Shown one piece after another: positions 41,301 through 55,725 of a DNA stretch of 64,000 nt. Origin of the DNA: Octopus vulgaris (Eukaryota). The DNA lies in the NCBI GenBank assembly GCA_951406725.2, contig OX597834.1, forward strand, positions 37,138,001-37,202,000. Reading direction: 5' to 3'. The first letter of the stretch is position 1; every line of letters starts with the position of its first letter. The notes beneath the pieces are model-generated. The model saw only the letters and a program-made list of their open reading frames with translations. It ran no database searches and was not told the origin of the DNA. A program made the translations under genes and the position numbers.

Positions 41301-43691
41301 GAATAGACGTGGATTGCTACGAATTGTTTGTTGAAACTGCCAAGATGAGCTAAAGCTCATAAATACATATAATAATTTATCATGGTAGTTTTATTAAAGA
41401 ATCCATTCATAATTTTTTTGAGTAGTGTTGGTTTGCCGCGTGAATATAGTTTTTAGTTCCATTTATTCTATTTCTCCATTCATAATTTTAAATGACGTTT
41501 GCTTCCATGGCGCGTATTCTTTTTATACATAAGTTATGTTCCTATGGTAACGTAATTTTGGTTTGGTTTTTTTAACGGCTTAGAATTTAATTTCACTTCA
41601 TAATTTGAAACTGACTTGTATGTATATTATTTCTCCTTATGTCTTATTGTTATTTTTGATATTCTGGTTAATTACGATGTATTTTATATATCGTTTTATG
41701 TGTAATAATGTTGTTTTTCTTTGGAGTGTTTATGTATGTGAGATTGTGTGTGAGTGTGTGCGTATTTTGGTTGTATAGTTTGTTTATCTGTATGAGTGTG
41801 GGTGTGTAAATATTGTTGTATATATCGAGTTTAGTGAGTATGTATATGCGTATATGTGAGGGAGTATATGTATATGTTGTGTGTGTGTGTTTTGCGTATG
41901 TGTGTTTGTGTGTGAATGTGTATATGGGTTTGTTATATAGGTTTGGGGATGTATGTGTTAATTTGTCTGTGTGGGGAGGGAGTAGGTGTTTGGTGTATAT
42001 TGAGGTTTATACGTTAGTATAGGTATGTGTGAGTGAGGTGGGTATTTGTATAAGTCGTGGGTCTGTGGTTTACGTGTGTGTATTTGTGTGTGAATGTTTA
42101 GGTTAGGGGGATTGCTATATAGGTTTGTTATAGAGTTTAGCAAAGGGAGATTTTATCATTATATGTTTTTATGAGTTTTGGTTTATCATGGTAGTTTTGT
42201 TAAAGAATTCGTAGTAATTTGTCTATTTGCGGTGTTTGTTGTTTTATTGCATTATTTCATTCATAATTTTTGAGTGGTGTTCGTTTTACCACGTGAATAT
42301 TATTTTTAATTCCATTTTTCCATTTCTCCATTCATAATTTTAAAAGATGTTCGTTTCCAGAGCGGGAATACTTTTTATACATATGTTAGGTTCCTTGGTA
42401 ACGTAATTTTGTTTGGTGGATATGTTGAGGCTTATATGTACTTGTGGGTGTGTGTGAGTGGGTGTTTGTATTTGTAATGGGTGTGTGGTTTACGTGTGTG
42501 TATTTGTGTGTGAATGTATAGGTTAAAGGGATTGCTATATAAGTATGTTATAGGGTTTAGTAAAGGGAGGTTTTATCATTTATGTTTTTATGAGTTTTAA
42601 TTATTCTGGTTACTTACGATGTATTTTATATATCGTATTATGTGTAATAATGTTGTTTTTCTTTGGAGTGTTTATGTATGTGGGATTGTGTGTGAGTGTG
42701 TGCGTATTTTGGTTGTATAATTTGTTTGTCTGTGTGAGTGTGGGTGTGTTAATATTGTTGTATATATCGAGTTTAGTGAGTATGTATATGTATATGGTGT
42801 GTGTTTTACGTATGTATATTTGTGTGTGAATGTGTTTATGGGTTTGCTATATAGGTTTGGGGATGTATGTGTTTATTTGTCTGTGTGGGGTTGAGTGGGT
42901 TTTTGGAGTATATATTGAGGTTTATATGTATGTATAGGTATGTGTGAGTGAGGTGGATATTTGTATATGTCGTGGGTGTGTGGTTTACGTGTGTGTATTT
43001 GTGTGTGAATGTTTAGGTTAGGGGGATTGCTATATAGGTATGTTATAGAGTTTAGTAAAGGGAGATTTTATCATTATATGTTTTTATGAGTTTTGGTTTG
43101 TCATGGTAGTTTTGTTAAGGAATTCGTAGTAATTTGTGTCTATTTACGATGTCTGTTGTTTTATTGTATTGTTTCATTCATAATTTTTAAGTAATGTTCG
43201 TTTTACCAAGTGAATATAATTTTTAATTCCATTTGTTCCATTTCTCCATTCATAATTTTAAATGATGTCCGTTTCCAGAGCGGGAATGTGGGTTGTATGT
43301 GTGTGTGAGGGAGTATGAATAAGTATTGTGTTGAAATATTTGGCTATTTTATTTATTTATCGTTGCCTAGACGTTTTATGTGTATGTATAGGGATATATA
43401 TATAGGTGTGTGATTTAGTGTATGTATTTAGAGATGGTTATATATAATTAGTTATATGTGTATGGGTGTATATATAGTTTATTTTTTGTTTTGTTTTGTT
43501 TTATATTTTATATTTTATATTTTATATTTAATTGTTGATAGGTTTATTTTAGTTTATATATTGTTTATATATTGATTATATATGGATTATATATAGGTTA
43601 TATATAGATTATATATTTATATTTTTTCATTAATACTTTAATTATTTAAAAATTTTTATATTTTAAAATATTGATATTTTAGATTGGAAGT

Positions 43692-43734
43692 CCACCTGAA
43701 GATTGTCGATCAGGACAAGAAACAATTGTAGTGG
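43692..43734 (+). ncRNA. Minimal type I hammerhead ribozyme (3' pLTR)
   Basis: Identical to 35582-35624. Confidence 0.9.
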
Positions 43735-43906
43735 CGGTTTTTTTGACTTTTTATTAAAATTTTATGTATTGATTAAGTCTTTCCTTGTTTGTGTTGCAAA
43801 ATAGTGGTTTTGTCTCTAATAATATTATATAATATTTTACTATAAAATTGGATTTAATCCTAAATCTGCTTTTTTCCCTGTAAATTTGGATTTATTCCCT
43901 AATATT

Positions 43907-43981
<75 letters not shown>

Positions 43982-44075
43982 ATCCAAGCATGAAAACACA
44001 AAGAGAAAACACAACAACGTGAGGACGTGGATCAAGTATAGTATTATTGAACGCTCAGGAAAGAAGGAAACGAGG

Positions 44076-44110
44076 GTTTAACATTTCGAGCAGAGCTCTT
44101 CATCAGAAAC
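44076..44110 (-). ncRNA. Minimal hammerhead motif in a PLE-derived repeat (~43980-44180)
   Basis: Reverse complement: gttt-CTGATGA-agagc(tct)gctc-GAAA-tg-tta-aac. Confidence 0.6.
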
Positions 44111-44176
44111 ATAGGAAAAGGAAACATTCAAGAAGGAAAGACGGAGGAAAAAATCGCCAACGGTACACGCGCGGTC

Positions 44177-44221
<45 letters not shown>

Positions 44222-45135
44222 ATGTATAGGTATATATGTATACACACACACAATCAAACGACTCCTGTCCACTCTCCCACCAGACAGATTAAATTTAGAG
44301 GGCGTTAATTATAACTAAGCATGTTCCCTCAACCGCGTCGGCCTCCTCTTTAAACGCCAAATATACTGTCACGTGACTCTAAATCACGAACGTAGCGGGA
44401 AACGTAGAAAAGGTTATAAACTTAATCATTTGTTTATAACACTTCCCACGCTGGGTCATTCTTTACAAACACTTGACAGAAAATATTCAGAGCATTGATT
44501 GTTTGGACACTTTCAGTCAACCGTGTCAACCGTGTCAGCCTCACCTTGAGACGCCAAACATTGTCACGTTATACTAACACACGGGCGTAGCGGGGAACTT
44601 ACAAAAAATTCTCAGACCAGTCTCGTGACTAGCCTCTACCAACCACATCTTATTCAAAACACAATATTAATTTGAACCATGATCTCCCTATATAAATCCC
44701 TATAAGCTTCAAACATTAGTCAGAAGCAAAAAACAGTGTGAGAATTGCAAGCGGAAGCGACTGTTTAAAGATCTGAGAAACCGTAAATTCCCCCCCTTTT
44801 TTACTGTTTCAGTTCTCACACTGTTTTTTTTTTCAGCATGAAATTAATGAACCTTGTACATTCTAACAAATTAATATACAGCTTTAATTTCAAAATTACA
44901 CCTTCTGTTTTGAACATGATAATTTATCAACATTGAAATATTTTTTGTCAACATTGAAACTTATAACGATGTTTTTCTAATTTTTATAATTTTACCATTG
45001 ATAAACAGAAAATATTGTTGAAATCAGTTTGGTATATATGTAAATAAATGTATTTTAAACATTTACGAGTTTTTGAAATTTAAGTAGATTTTCAGCAACA
45101 CATTTTTTTTTCCTGCATGAAAACACAACTCATTT

Positions 45136-45194
<59 letters not shown>

Positions 45195-45422
45195 TATAAG
45201 GATAAAAATCACATTAATGACTTTTATCAAGGAGTCAGAATGCTATAAATATTTATAGGCAATTAATACATTAAATCAATAATGAAATGTACATATCTAT
45301 ACTTAGAAGGAGTTTTGCTTGTTTTCTGAAGTCATCGGCACTTCACGCATGCTGGAGACAGATCGTTTTCACCCTAGCTCCCTTGATGTAATTAGCCGCT
45401 AAAGCTTTTTATTCTTTCCCTG

Positions 45423-45474
<52 letters not shown>

Positions 45475-45483
45475 TATATATAT

Positions 45484-45538
<55 letters not shown>

Positions 45539-45782
45539 TGAATACTGCTTCAGTTGCGTGCATAGGGTTATGTCAATTACAGTTGTTGTCATAAAATAGA
45601 TGCAATTAATAGAACTATTGTAAGAAAACACTTATATTAATCCTATTAACATATAATATAGATATAGTAATCTAACCGATTGCCCTAAAAATATGGACAG
45701 ACTTCAGAGTGACTCTCGTAAAACAGATAGGACAATATTAACAAACACAAGTTATATAATATTAAAATGATAATAATCTCAC

Positions 45783-46448
45783 CTTCATTTTGACTCTTGT
45801 GGCCAGCTGGTCCCTATTCCGGTTCTCATTTTCTGGTGTTATCCTCTTCCACAAGAAGTTAGCAAGTATTGTGTAAGTTACAGTTAGCATAGTAAAAGGC
45901 AGGAAGCAAGTACAAATGCTCATCACCCACTGATAAATCAAATATGACCATTCTCCCCAGGTACCTATGCATGTCACATAGTTTTCTCCACCATAGTTAA
46001 TTTTTTCAATTCTGATGAAAAAAAGGGGTACGGAAGATATTGTTGCCGAGAGCAACCAGATCAGGGCGATTGTAGGCGTAGATCTAGACGTCGATATCCG
46101 ATATTTTAGTGGGAACAATATAGCGAAAAGTCGATCAACACCAATCGCCACATTCGTAGAGGAACTCATGGTTATAGAAAATGACTGAAGAAAATCAACC
46201 AGAGTGCAATAGACCGGGGAAATAAACGATTCGGGAATATAGATAATTATTAAGGTGAATGGGAGACAGAATATTCCCATGATTAGATCAGCAACTGCCA
46301 AATTGAGAAGGTAAGGTTTAAAGTCCGTTTTACATTTCTTACCTTTGGCGAAGACTATTATTGATAATATATTACCAGAAATTGAAGCAAATGTTGATAA
46401 ACTGCAAAGAACTGTTAGAAAATTTAGCGCTAGAGTAGACGAAAACAT
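45783..46448 (-). CDS. GPCR B exon 1 (TM1-TM5), paralog of GPCR A
   Basis: GNILSIIVFAKGKKCKTD is shared with A; also NLAVAD and AIGVDRL. Same phase-0 donor GTGAGA after KMK. First in-frame ATG at 46448 (the ORF track starts at a TTG). Confidence 0.88.
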
Positions 46449-47074
46449 TTCAGCAGATATATGGGTAGAAATCGAATCACCTCGGTTTTCTAAAGATTTT
46501 GCTGTAGGCAAGTTATTTGCGGTGGGAAAAGTAGGAGAATTTTTACTGTTTCTGATTTTAAACTTTCGAATTTGAAAATTAGAGAGAGGATGTGTGAGGA
46601 TAATCAGGCAGAATATAATTAAGATGTGTGAGTGAGAGGGAAAGAAAGAGAGATCGAGTATGAGTGAGACAAAGGCAGTGTTAGTTGCAGTAAGAGGGAA
46701 GAGAGAGATATGCAGAGTATGAGTGAGTGAAAGACACTCAGTTTAAGGGAGTGAAAGACAGAGACAGTGAGAGAGGACGATGGAAATAGAAACACAGAGA
46801 GGGAATGTGAAAAAGAGAGAGGGAACGAGAGGGCGAGAGATCGTGAGTTATGGAAATTAAGAGAAAAAAGGTGGTAGACAGAGTGAGAAAGAAAGTGAGA
46901 GAAAGAGAGAGAAGAAAAAGAGTATGTGTGAAAGGGAAAGATTTGGAAGAGAAAGAGAAACAGTGTACGTGAGAGAGAGAGAAAGAGAGAGAGAGATTGG
47001 GAGAGAAAGAGAGAAAGAGACGGGGAAAATAGACAGACAGACAGTCAGAAAGACCACGTGCAAGTTAGAGTGAA

Positions 47075-47105
<31 letters not shown>

Positions 47106-47569
47106 AAGGGCGAGAGAGAGTGGAAGAGATGCAGAAAGTGGTTTAAAGAGAAACGAAGAAAGTCAACGAGAAAATTTGTAGGAAATGGAAGGCAAAAAGA
47201 ACAAACTGCTAAACGGGTTTTCCCCCTCTAATACCGGATTGTGGATTGTATGTAAAAATTGTCCGCCTCAGCTTTGGTGTCTTCAGATACTGGAACGAGA
47301 AACAGAACGTGAGGGCAATGAATAGGAAGAAAAATTATGCCAAAAATTTGTTTCCAGGTAAAAAAATAAAGTTAAACTCATTCCTCGTGTCATATTAACT
47401 TATCAGCTCTGTTTTCTGAGACGTATATATTCTCCCACTGAACGGGGACACCGGTCCGTTGCAGGGTTGCATATTTTGTTAAGTATATTGGAACAATGTG
47501 AAATAAAATGTTTTTCGCCAGGACGCAGCACATCGCCCGGGAATTGAAACTACTAATCTTATGATTATG

Positions 47570-47735
47570 ATTTCTGTTGGGCGATTTTAATGACAAAATA
47601 GGCAACAAACATAGTATGGTCAAGAGTAATAGGAAAGTATGGAAGAGAGACTATCAATGAAGGTGGTTTACGACTGATCTAACAATCACAAATACAGTGT
47701 TTCAGCAGGAAGATAAATACGAAAACACCTGATCT
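47570..47735 (+). pseudogene. RTE-type LINE APE endonuclease fragment
   Basis: LLGDFNDKIG..VIGKYG..INEGGLRL..LTITNTVFQ, with frameshifts. Confidence 0.6.
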
Positions 47736-48705
47736 GGTAACTGATACATGCTTCACTATTTTTCACTTCACAGCGTCCCTGTCATTTTTTCTCGTTCCTC
47801 CTTTATTATTCTGTCCCTCTGCCTCTACCTCTCTCTCTCTTCTCTTCCCACGTGACCAGCGTTCGGCCAAGCGTGATCTTTCTTTCTTGGCCGGCCGTCG
47901 TCCGTGCAACACCGACATTCATCCCTGTGCCGGTAACATCCTGTATCCCGGCGTAAAGCTTTATTTCCACACACTCCAGCTTAATTTGATTCGTTCTTAG
48001 TCGAAAGACGCCTCTTGTTATGTCATGTTATTATTATTTTTATTGTATTTGTGTAACATACGCCGTTTTCCCGTCCTTGTTTTCGTATACATTCGCTGCT
48101 TTCTTCCAAGGATTCTAATGCTTTTAGCTTAGTTTATCCTTGGAGCTGCCAGATTGGAGCGATCTCAAGTATAATCGGCCGAAACTGCGATGATAATCTC
48201 GTACTCGACTGAGGAAAGAAACTCTCGTCACCGCTACGAAATTTCTTGAACCACCATTGTGCTATACGTTCATTAGTTGATCCTAGTTGATATCGCGAGC
48301 TGTTTCAACAGCTTTTCGGCCTAGCTTGAACTGGAATAAGAAAATTGTGCGATTCTTTTAGTCCATATTGTATTCAACGTTCCAGAAAAGAAAATAAACT
48401 AATTATTCAAACAGAAAAAAGAGTAACGCGATTAGATAGAGCGAAAAACAATTTTGACTCTACAAAATGATAGTAAAATCAAAGTAATTTAACTAAAATT
48501 GATTTGAAAACACATTATTTAAAACCAAAATTAAAAATTCCGCAAGAACTTTATCTAATACATATATATGTATATGTATGTAATGTATGTATGTATGTAT
48601 GTATGTATGTATGTATGTATGTATGTATGTATGTATGTATGTATGTATGTATGTATGTATGTATGTATGTATGTATGTATGTATGTATGTATGTATGTAT
48701 TTATT

Positions 48706-48759
<54 letters not shown>

Positions 48760-48997
48760 TATATATATAATGATACGATCAACGGAACAGGTAGCTGATG
48801 TTACTTGCGTGCAAGTGGTTTGAGCACTTCACAGACATGTGTGCCCTTAACACACATGTATGTATGTATGTATGTATGTGTGTATGTATGCATGTATGTA
48901 TGTATGTGTATATATCTGCTTCCATTTCCTGAGCGCCTATTAATAATAATATTGTAATTGTTCCATTGTTGTTGTTTTTTTGTTTCCCGTTTGGATT

Positions 48998-49079
<82 letters not shown>

Positions 49080-49449
49080 TACCACGGCGATTACCGCAAC
49101 AAGGATTCCAACTGATACGATCAACGGAACAGCCAGCTCATGATATTTGCTTGCAAGTGGTTTGAGCACTCCACAGGCATGTGTGCCTTTAACACAGGTC
49201 TCAGGGAAGTTCAGCGTGACACAGAGTGTAACAAATCTGGCCATTTGAATTACAGGTTCCAATTATCTTTGCCAGCAAAGTGGACTGGAACAACGTGGAA
49301 ATAAAGTGTCTTGCTCAAGGACACAAACCCTTGCCGGGAATAGAACACACGACATTACGATCGTGAGTCAAATATCACAACCACTAAGCGATGCACATTC
49401 ACGCACACACACGCACACACACATACACTCCACGAGTATTCTTCTAAAC

Positions 49450-52400
49450 GCTGTAAAGACGTTTTCCGATTCAAAATTTTAGTTCATTCCAAAACCTCGC
49501 TAATATAAGTATCTATTTATATTTTACATCTTTAAATCGTCAATTTTAATATCTATAAGTCTTTGGTGTAATAATATTTTTCTTATGTAAATATTGTTGT
49601 TTATGTAATGATCTAATTATCGTAATTTTCTATATAATTATTAGATATTAAATTTAAGTTTATTCGTAACATATTACTTAGCGATAGATGTGTTGTTTGA
49701 TAGCAAGATTACGAGTTGTCTAAAGTTAGATTTATGTACATACATGTATTAATAGTATTAATTGTAGTTTTAAATTTCTTATAATTAAAATTAGATAAAC
49801 TTAGATATGCTTCGACCAAAGATTGGTCCAGGCTATGTCTAACTTAATAGCTTAACTTAGTTATTGTCTTTTTAAATTGATATTTGCCATTGATAAATAT
49901 ATTTATAGTATTTTTAGTATTTATTCGATACTATATAACTACGAATTGATTATTTGCATAAGTATTTTAAATAAGATCTCCGAAAGTTCGTTTAAGTTTG
50001 TTTGGTTGTATTTTTGAATTTAGATATTTCATCTTTAAATATGAAATATTAATTTATTAGCTCTTTATTATATGTGCATATATATTTATTTATAGAGATT
50101 ATTTTAGATCTCAATTATAATAATTATATACATATATATATATCCATTGATAATTTTTTATATATAATAGTCATTTTTAAAAAATATTTATGTAATTAGG
50201 TATAGACTTTTACTGACATTAGATTTTCGGTGGGTTTCTTACCTTAAAATTTAAATTAATATTTAACATTATAATCGATTTTGATATAATCATAATTATT
50301 ATGTTTTAAGTTTCTAGTTTGATAATAGAGTTTATTATAAGTAAAATTATTATATTATTTATATCTTTAAAATATTGTTTAAATATTTCTGATTATTTTA
50401 AAAATATTTCAACTAACCTGAAGATTGGCTGTAACCATAGCTCAAATTATTTATTGAATATAAATTATTGTTATTCGAATTGGTACAGCCATGAAACGAT
50501 CGTAGTGTTTTACTCTTTATCTTTTATGAAACTTTTAATACTTTTGATATTTATATATAAAATTTTTTTAAATAAAATAAATGAATAAATAAATAAATAA
50601 AAATAAATGAATTAATTAATTTATAAACAAAATAATATATAAATATAAAAATATACATATATATATATTTGTATATATATATTTAAATTTATGAGTTTAA
50701 ATTATTGTAATAATTTTTAAATTTTTAACTTTTATATTTTAAAATTAATTTTACGTATTGGCTTATGTTTTTCACTGTTTGATTTGCCTAATAATGGTTT
50801 TATCTTTAATTTAATATAATATAATATAATATATTTATACTATAAAATTGGATTTAATCCTGAATCTAATTTTTCCCTGTAAGTTTGGATTTTTTCCCTA
50901 ATATTATTATTATTAATTAATATATTGATAAATTACGTAAATTGAATGTTATTACAGGTAAGATAGAACCGCTATTTTGGAATTCATCTTTGAAGGATAT
51001 TCCAATACCTTCTAGGAAAGAATATATTTTGAAACTTATTAATAATATTAAGGATTTTGTTTCTGGAATTAAATGTAAAGCCTACTATTATAACTATAAT
51101 ATATCTAATTTTAATGATTGTATGAATGATAATTTTACTTCTAATGTTAAATCAAAAATTGAACCCCCATTTAATAGAGAATTACAAATACTAGGAGATA
51201 ATATTTGGAAGGCGGTGAAAAACATTAAATTTCATTAATACACGAACAGAAATAATGAATATTTAAGAAATTTAGCAATTAGAATTAAAGAAATGAGAAA
51301 TATGGATGGTATTATTGTACAATCAGATAAAACTAAGAATCTCTATAAATTGGATGTTAAATTATATGATAACCTTTAAGAGAAAGAAATAATAAAAAAA
51401 ATATAAAATTGTTCCAGATAGTATACTTTATAATATTAATAACTCCTCTAAATTAGTAATGATAAACTATGAGTTGGATAATAAAACTGAACCTTATGTA
51501 CCTATGCACCCTAGAATTACTCTGAAAGACAATAAAGATAATTTTTATTCTGACCCTAAAGTTAGATTAATTTGTCCATGTAAATTTGACCTTGTTAAAT
51601 TGAGTAAACTTATTTTAGATAAATATTTAAGTAAATTAAATAAACTTAATTACTTAAAATTATGGTTTAGTAATAATAATACTTTAAATTGGTTTAATAA
51701 TATTAAAGATAAAAATCGATATAAATTTATTCTAATAGATATAGATAATTACTATTCTTCTATTAATGAAATTGTGTTTAATAAGGCCCTTATTTTTGCA
51801 ATGAATAAAATGGGAATGACTTTTGAAGAGGTTAATGTAATTAAAATGGCTAGGAAATCGTTTATAAAGTACAAAAATAAATTATGGGCTTGGAAAGATA
51901 CTAGGGACTTTTTTGATATACCTATGGGAGCACCTGATTCTGCACAAGCTACGGATTTTGAAGGTATTTATCTTTTATCTGAACTCCAGTTAGTAAATTT
52001 AAAAATAGAGGGTGGTTTATATAGGGATGACCTTCTACTTATTACTAAGAACTGCACTAATAGGAACATAGAAGTATATAAGAAAACACTTTATAGTTTC
52101 TTTAAAAGATATGTTTTAAGTATTACTATACATGATGAGAATTTTAATGTTAATTATTTAGATGTTAATTTTAATCTAATTACGGGTAAAACACAACCAT
52201 ATCATAAACTTAATGAGAACCTAGATATATAATTATTAATAGTAATCACCCACCATCAATTAAAAAATCGTTGATTAATAATATAAGTAAACGTATATCA
52301 TTACTTTCTTATGATTTAGAGATTTTTAATAAACATGCACATTATTACAACGAGGCCCTCAGAGAGGCAGGTTATTATAGTAATATTAAATGTTTTATAA

Positions 52401-53720
52401 AAATTAAGATAAAACTATTAATAATAGACATAAAAATATTAGTAATATTTATAATGATTTTATTAGTAATACTGGTAATCTTAGTAATTATAAAAATAAA
52501 AATAATATAAATAAAAATATGAATAAAAATAAAAATAATAACTTTAATAATTCTTTAAATGTTAATTATAATTATAAATTTAAATCTAATAATGATAATA
52601 ATAATATGATAAAGAAATATAATAATAATAATGGTAACAATAATAATGATAGTTTTAATAATAATAAGATGCAAAATAAGAATAAAATTTGGTTAATATT
52701 TCCTTATGGTGCTCAAGTTAAAACGAACATTATAAAAGAGATTTTAGGTATTATTTAACTATTTATTCGAGATAATCTTAAATATAAAAACATTTTCCCT
52801 GGTAATAATTTTGGAGTGGGTTATTCCACCACTAATAGTGTAGGTAACATTATTTCTTCTTTTAACAAATTTAAACTGAATAATATTTATAAAAAAGATA
52901 AGACACTTATTAATTGTACATGTCGAGATAAAACTAAATGGAAGTTAAATAATAAATGTGATATTAACGATGTAGTGTTTAAATGTATAGTAACATTACA
53001 TAATGAGAATAGTCAGAATAATTACAATTCAAACGTGATATATATAGGGTCCACTTCCTCTAAAACAAAATTAAGAATCGCACAGTATATGCATTCATTT
53101 AAAAATAAAAACTTAATTAACTCCACTGGACTTAGTAAGTACATTTGGAGACATACATCCCAAAATGTTTATTATGTTTTATCATGGGAAATAATTAGTA
53201 AGGCTAAATCATATAGTATATGAGGGAATTTTTGTTATTTATGTTCAAATGAGTTTAATGAAATTTTATTTTATAGGCATGATAATTTAGTGAATCACTG
53301 GGATGAGCGCAAAATAAAATGCAGACACAAGTTACTTTACTTGTATAATAAATTTCTTGATAAATAACGAATATTTCTTATCCTTAATTAGCTCCTTATT
53401 TGTTGATTTATGTAATAGTATTCTAGATTAGTAAGATAAAATATTTAGATTAAACTTAATGTTTACCTCTATTTTTGTATTAAAGTATGAATATAGAAAT
53501 TTATATACGTATTTATTTATATGATATATGAGTTTGTGTGTGTATGTATATATATGTATAGGTTGATGTTCGTGTATATATATGTATATATATATACATT
53601 TATTTGTGGGTGTGTGTGGGTGGGTGTGTGTGGGTGGGTGTGTGTATATAAGTGTATGTGTATTTATTGAGCATTGTATGTATGTACATGTATGTATGTG
53701 TATGTGTGTATTTGAGTGCA

Positions 53721-53775
<55 letters not shown>

Positions 53776-54335
53776 ATGTGTGTATATTCATATATATATA
53801 TGTATACGTATGTATAGCTATACCGCAAATTTTGATAAGTATTTTAGAGATTTTGGTTATGATCACTAATTTTAGCTTATTTTAAGTGTATGGGAAAGAC
53901 TTTATAATACGTTGAGGGGTTTGTATAATAAAATTTTTTATATATGCATTAATCATATAAGATTTTTAGAGTATATTTTATAATTAGTGGTTTTTTATCA
54001 TTTAAATTATTTAATTTATTTTGTATTAACTATTATTTATCATAGTTATTAATAAGTCTTATAGTATAGAGTGATTTTATTCTTTGATATTTATATATAA
54101 AATAAACAAATGAAACAAATAAAAAAAAAATTAATTAATTAATTAATAAACAAAATAATATATAAATATAAAAATATACATACATGTATATATATATAAA
54201 TTTATAAGTTTAAATTATTTTTATAATTTTTTACTTATTAACTTTTATATTTTTAAATTGATTTTATGTATTGACTTAGGTTTTTCACTGTTTGATTTGT
54301 CTAGTAGTGGTTTTATCTCTAATTTAATATAATAT
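49450..54335 (+). mobile_element. Second, decayed Naiad-type PLE (RT + GIY-YIG pseudogene ~50950-53366)
   Basis: Fragmented ORFs are highly similar to 35860-38397 (GLYRDD, YIGST). The pLTR terminus is repeated at ~50520-50900 and ~54075-54335. The left boundary is approximate. Confidence 0.85.
50415..50509 (+). ncRNA. Hammerhead ribozyme with extended stem II
   Basis: CTGAAGA-ttggctgtaacca...tggtacagccat-GAAA-cgatcg-TA; stem I is weak. Confidence 0.7.
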
Positions 54336-54416
54336 ATATATATATATGCTCCAACATGACCTAGCCTAGTGGCTGAGACGAATAAAAGAGTGTACGTTTA
54401 TCTGTATGTGTGTATG

Positions 54417-54453
<37 letters not shown>

Positions 54454-55647
54454 ATACATACATACATATATACGTATATATATATATATATATATATATA
54501 CCTACATTATTTATATATATCTATATCTATATCTATATATATTTATATATATATATACGTATATAATGCAGGTTTAAATGTTGGGGTTTTCTCATTATAA
54601 GAATTGTATTCATAGATTAATCATGTTTGAATAAATATAAATAATAAATGATATCACTAAATGATGATAAATAACGTCAAAATCACAAATAATGCAAATG
54701 CATATACTCTCACACACATACAAACACACACAGGCTTACACACACGCGCGTGCAAACACACACACACACACACACATAATCACTTAAGGTTCACTTATAT
54801 TCTTTTTCTCTTTTTATTAGTGGCTGTGGTTATCGATCTTCGTTATTGCTTAAGAACCATCTTCAAAGACATAAATAATGGTTTTAAATATTGGCAGAAG
54901 GTGAGTAGTTTCGTCGTCGGAGGAAGCAAGTCGACTCCATCAACTCTGGTGCTTCACTGCTATTTATTTTATCGTTCTCAATTTGGTGGAAGGCAATGTC
55001 GACCCCGGTGGCATTTGAACGCAGGACATAAAAACGGACGAAATAGTGTTAAGCATTTTGTCCAGCGTGAGAAAGATTCTGCCAGCTCGCTGTCTTAATT
55101 AGGCTTAATATTATTAATGAAAACTGCGACAATAAATCTATCAAATTTGACATTGCCAAATAAATACCGTCTTGATATGTTGGAAAATATATTCTAAAAC
55201 CGCTATTTCAACCGTATTCCTTTGTTCCAAATAATAGAGAAGAGAAATGAAAAATTATCTCATTAGGAGTGATAATTCGAAGAACATGGTTACTGAATTC
55301 AATGCCAGCAAAAGCTGGAGATCATGGGGGAACGGAACAAAAATTTAGCATAATACAGTTCTATATTGGAGAGTTGTGGAATTATGTACATAATTTATAT
55401 TATTTACAATTGATGGATATTTGTCCTCATCTTTACGGAGATGTACTTGCATAGCAAGTGATCTGATGTGAGATCGTGTGCTGGAACGAAAACAATTCTA
55501 GCTTGGAAGGTGTTTATAAGCCATTTAAGAAACACACAAAAACTGTTAAATTCACTTCAACATTTAAATTTAATTTGCGAAAATATTTTCATCGCTTTGA
55601 GACCGTGACCTGTTCACTGACAAAATTCAATCGTCTTGTTTATTGTT

Positions 55648-55691
55648 AATACAACATTTCGGCTGATATACCCACCAGACTTCATCAGGTG
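55648..55691 (-). ncRNA. Partly decayed hammerhead
   Basis: Reverse complement: cac-CTGATGA-agtctgg...tcagcc-GAAA-tgttgta. Confidence 0.55.
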
Positions 55692-55725
55692 CTTTTCGAT
55701 ATTATCATTATTATTATTATTATTA

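Larger units (their letters stand above)
31730..43910 (+). mobile_element. Penelope-like retroelement (Naiad-type) with very long pseudo-LTRs, inserted antisense in intron 1 of GPCR B
   Basis: Short inverted pLTR end at 31730-31787. Near-identical direct repeats at 31788-35810 and 40238-43910. Central RT+GIY-YIG ORF, one hammerhead per repeat, flanked by (TA)n. Confidence 0.92.

Noticed and set aside
31788-43910. CRISPR-like array or LTR retrotransposon
   Set aside because: No constant repeat-spacer units; no gag, integrase or TG..CA ends. RT + GIY-YIG and the hammerheads identify it as a PLE.
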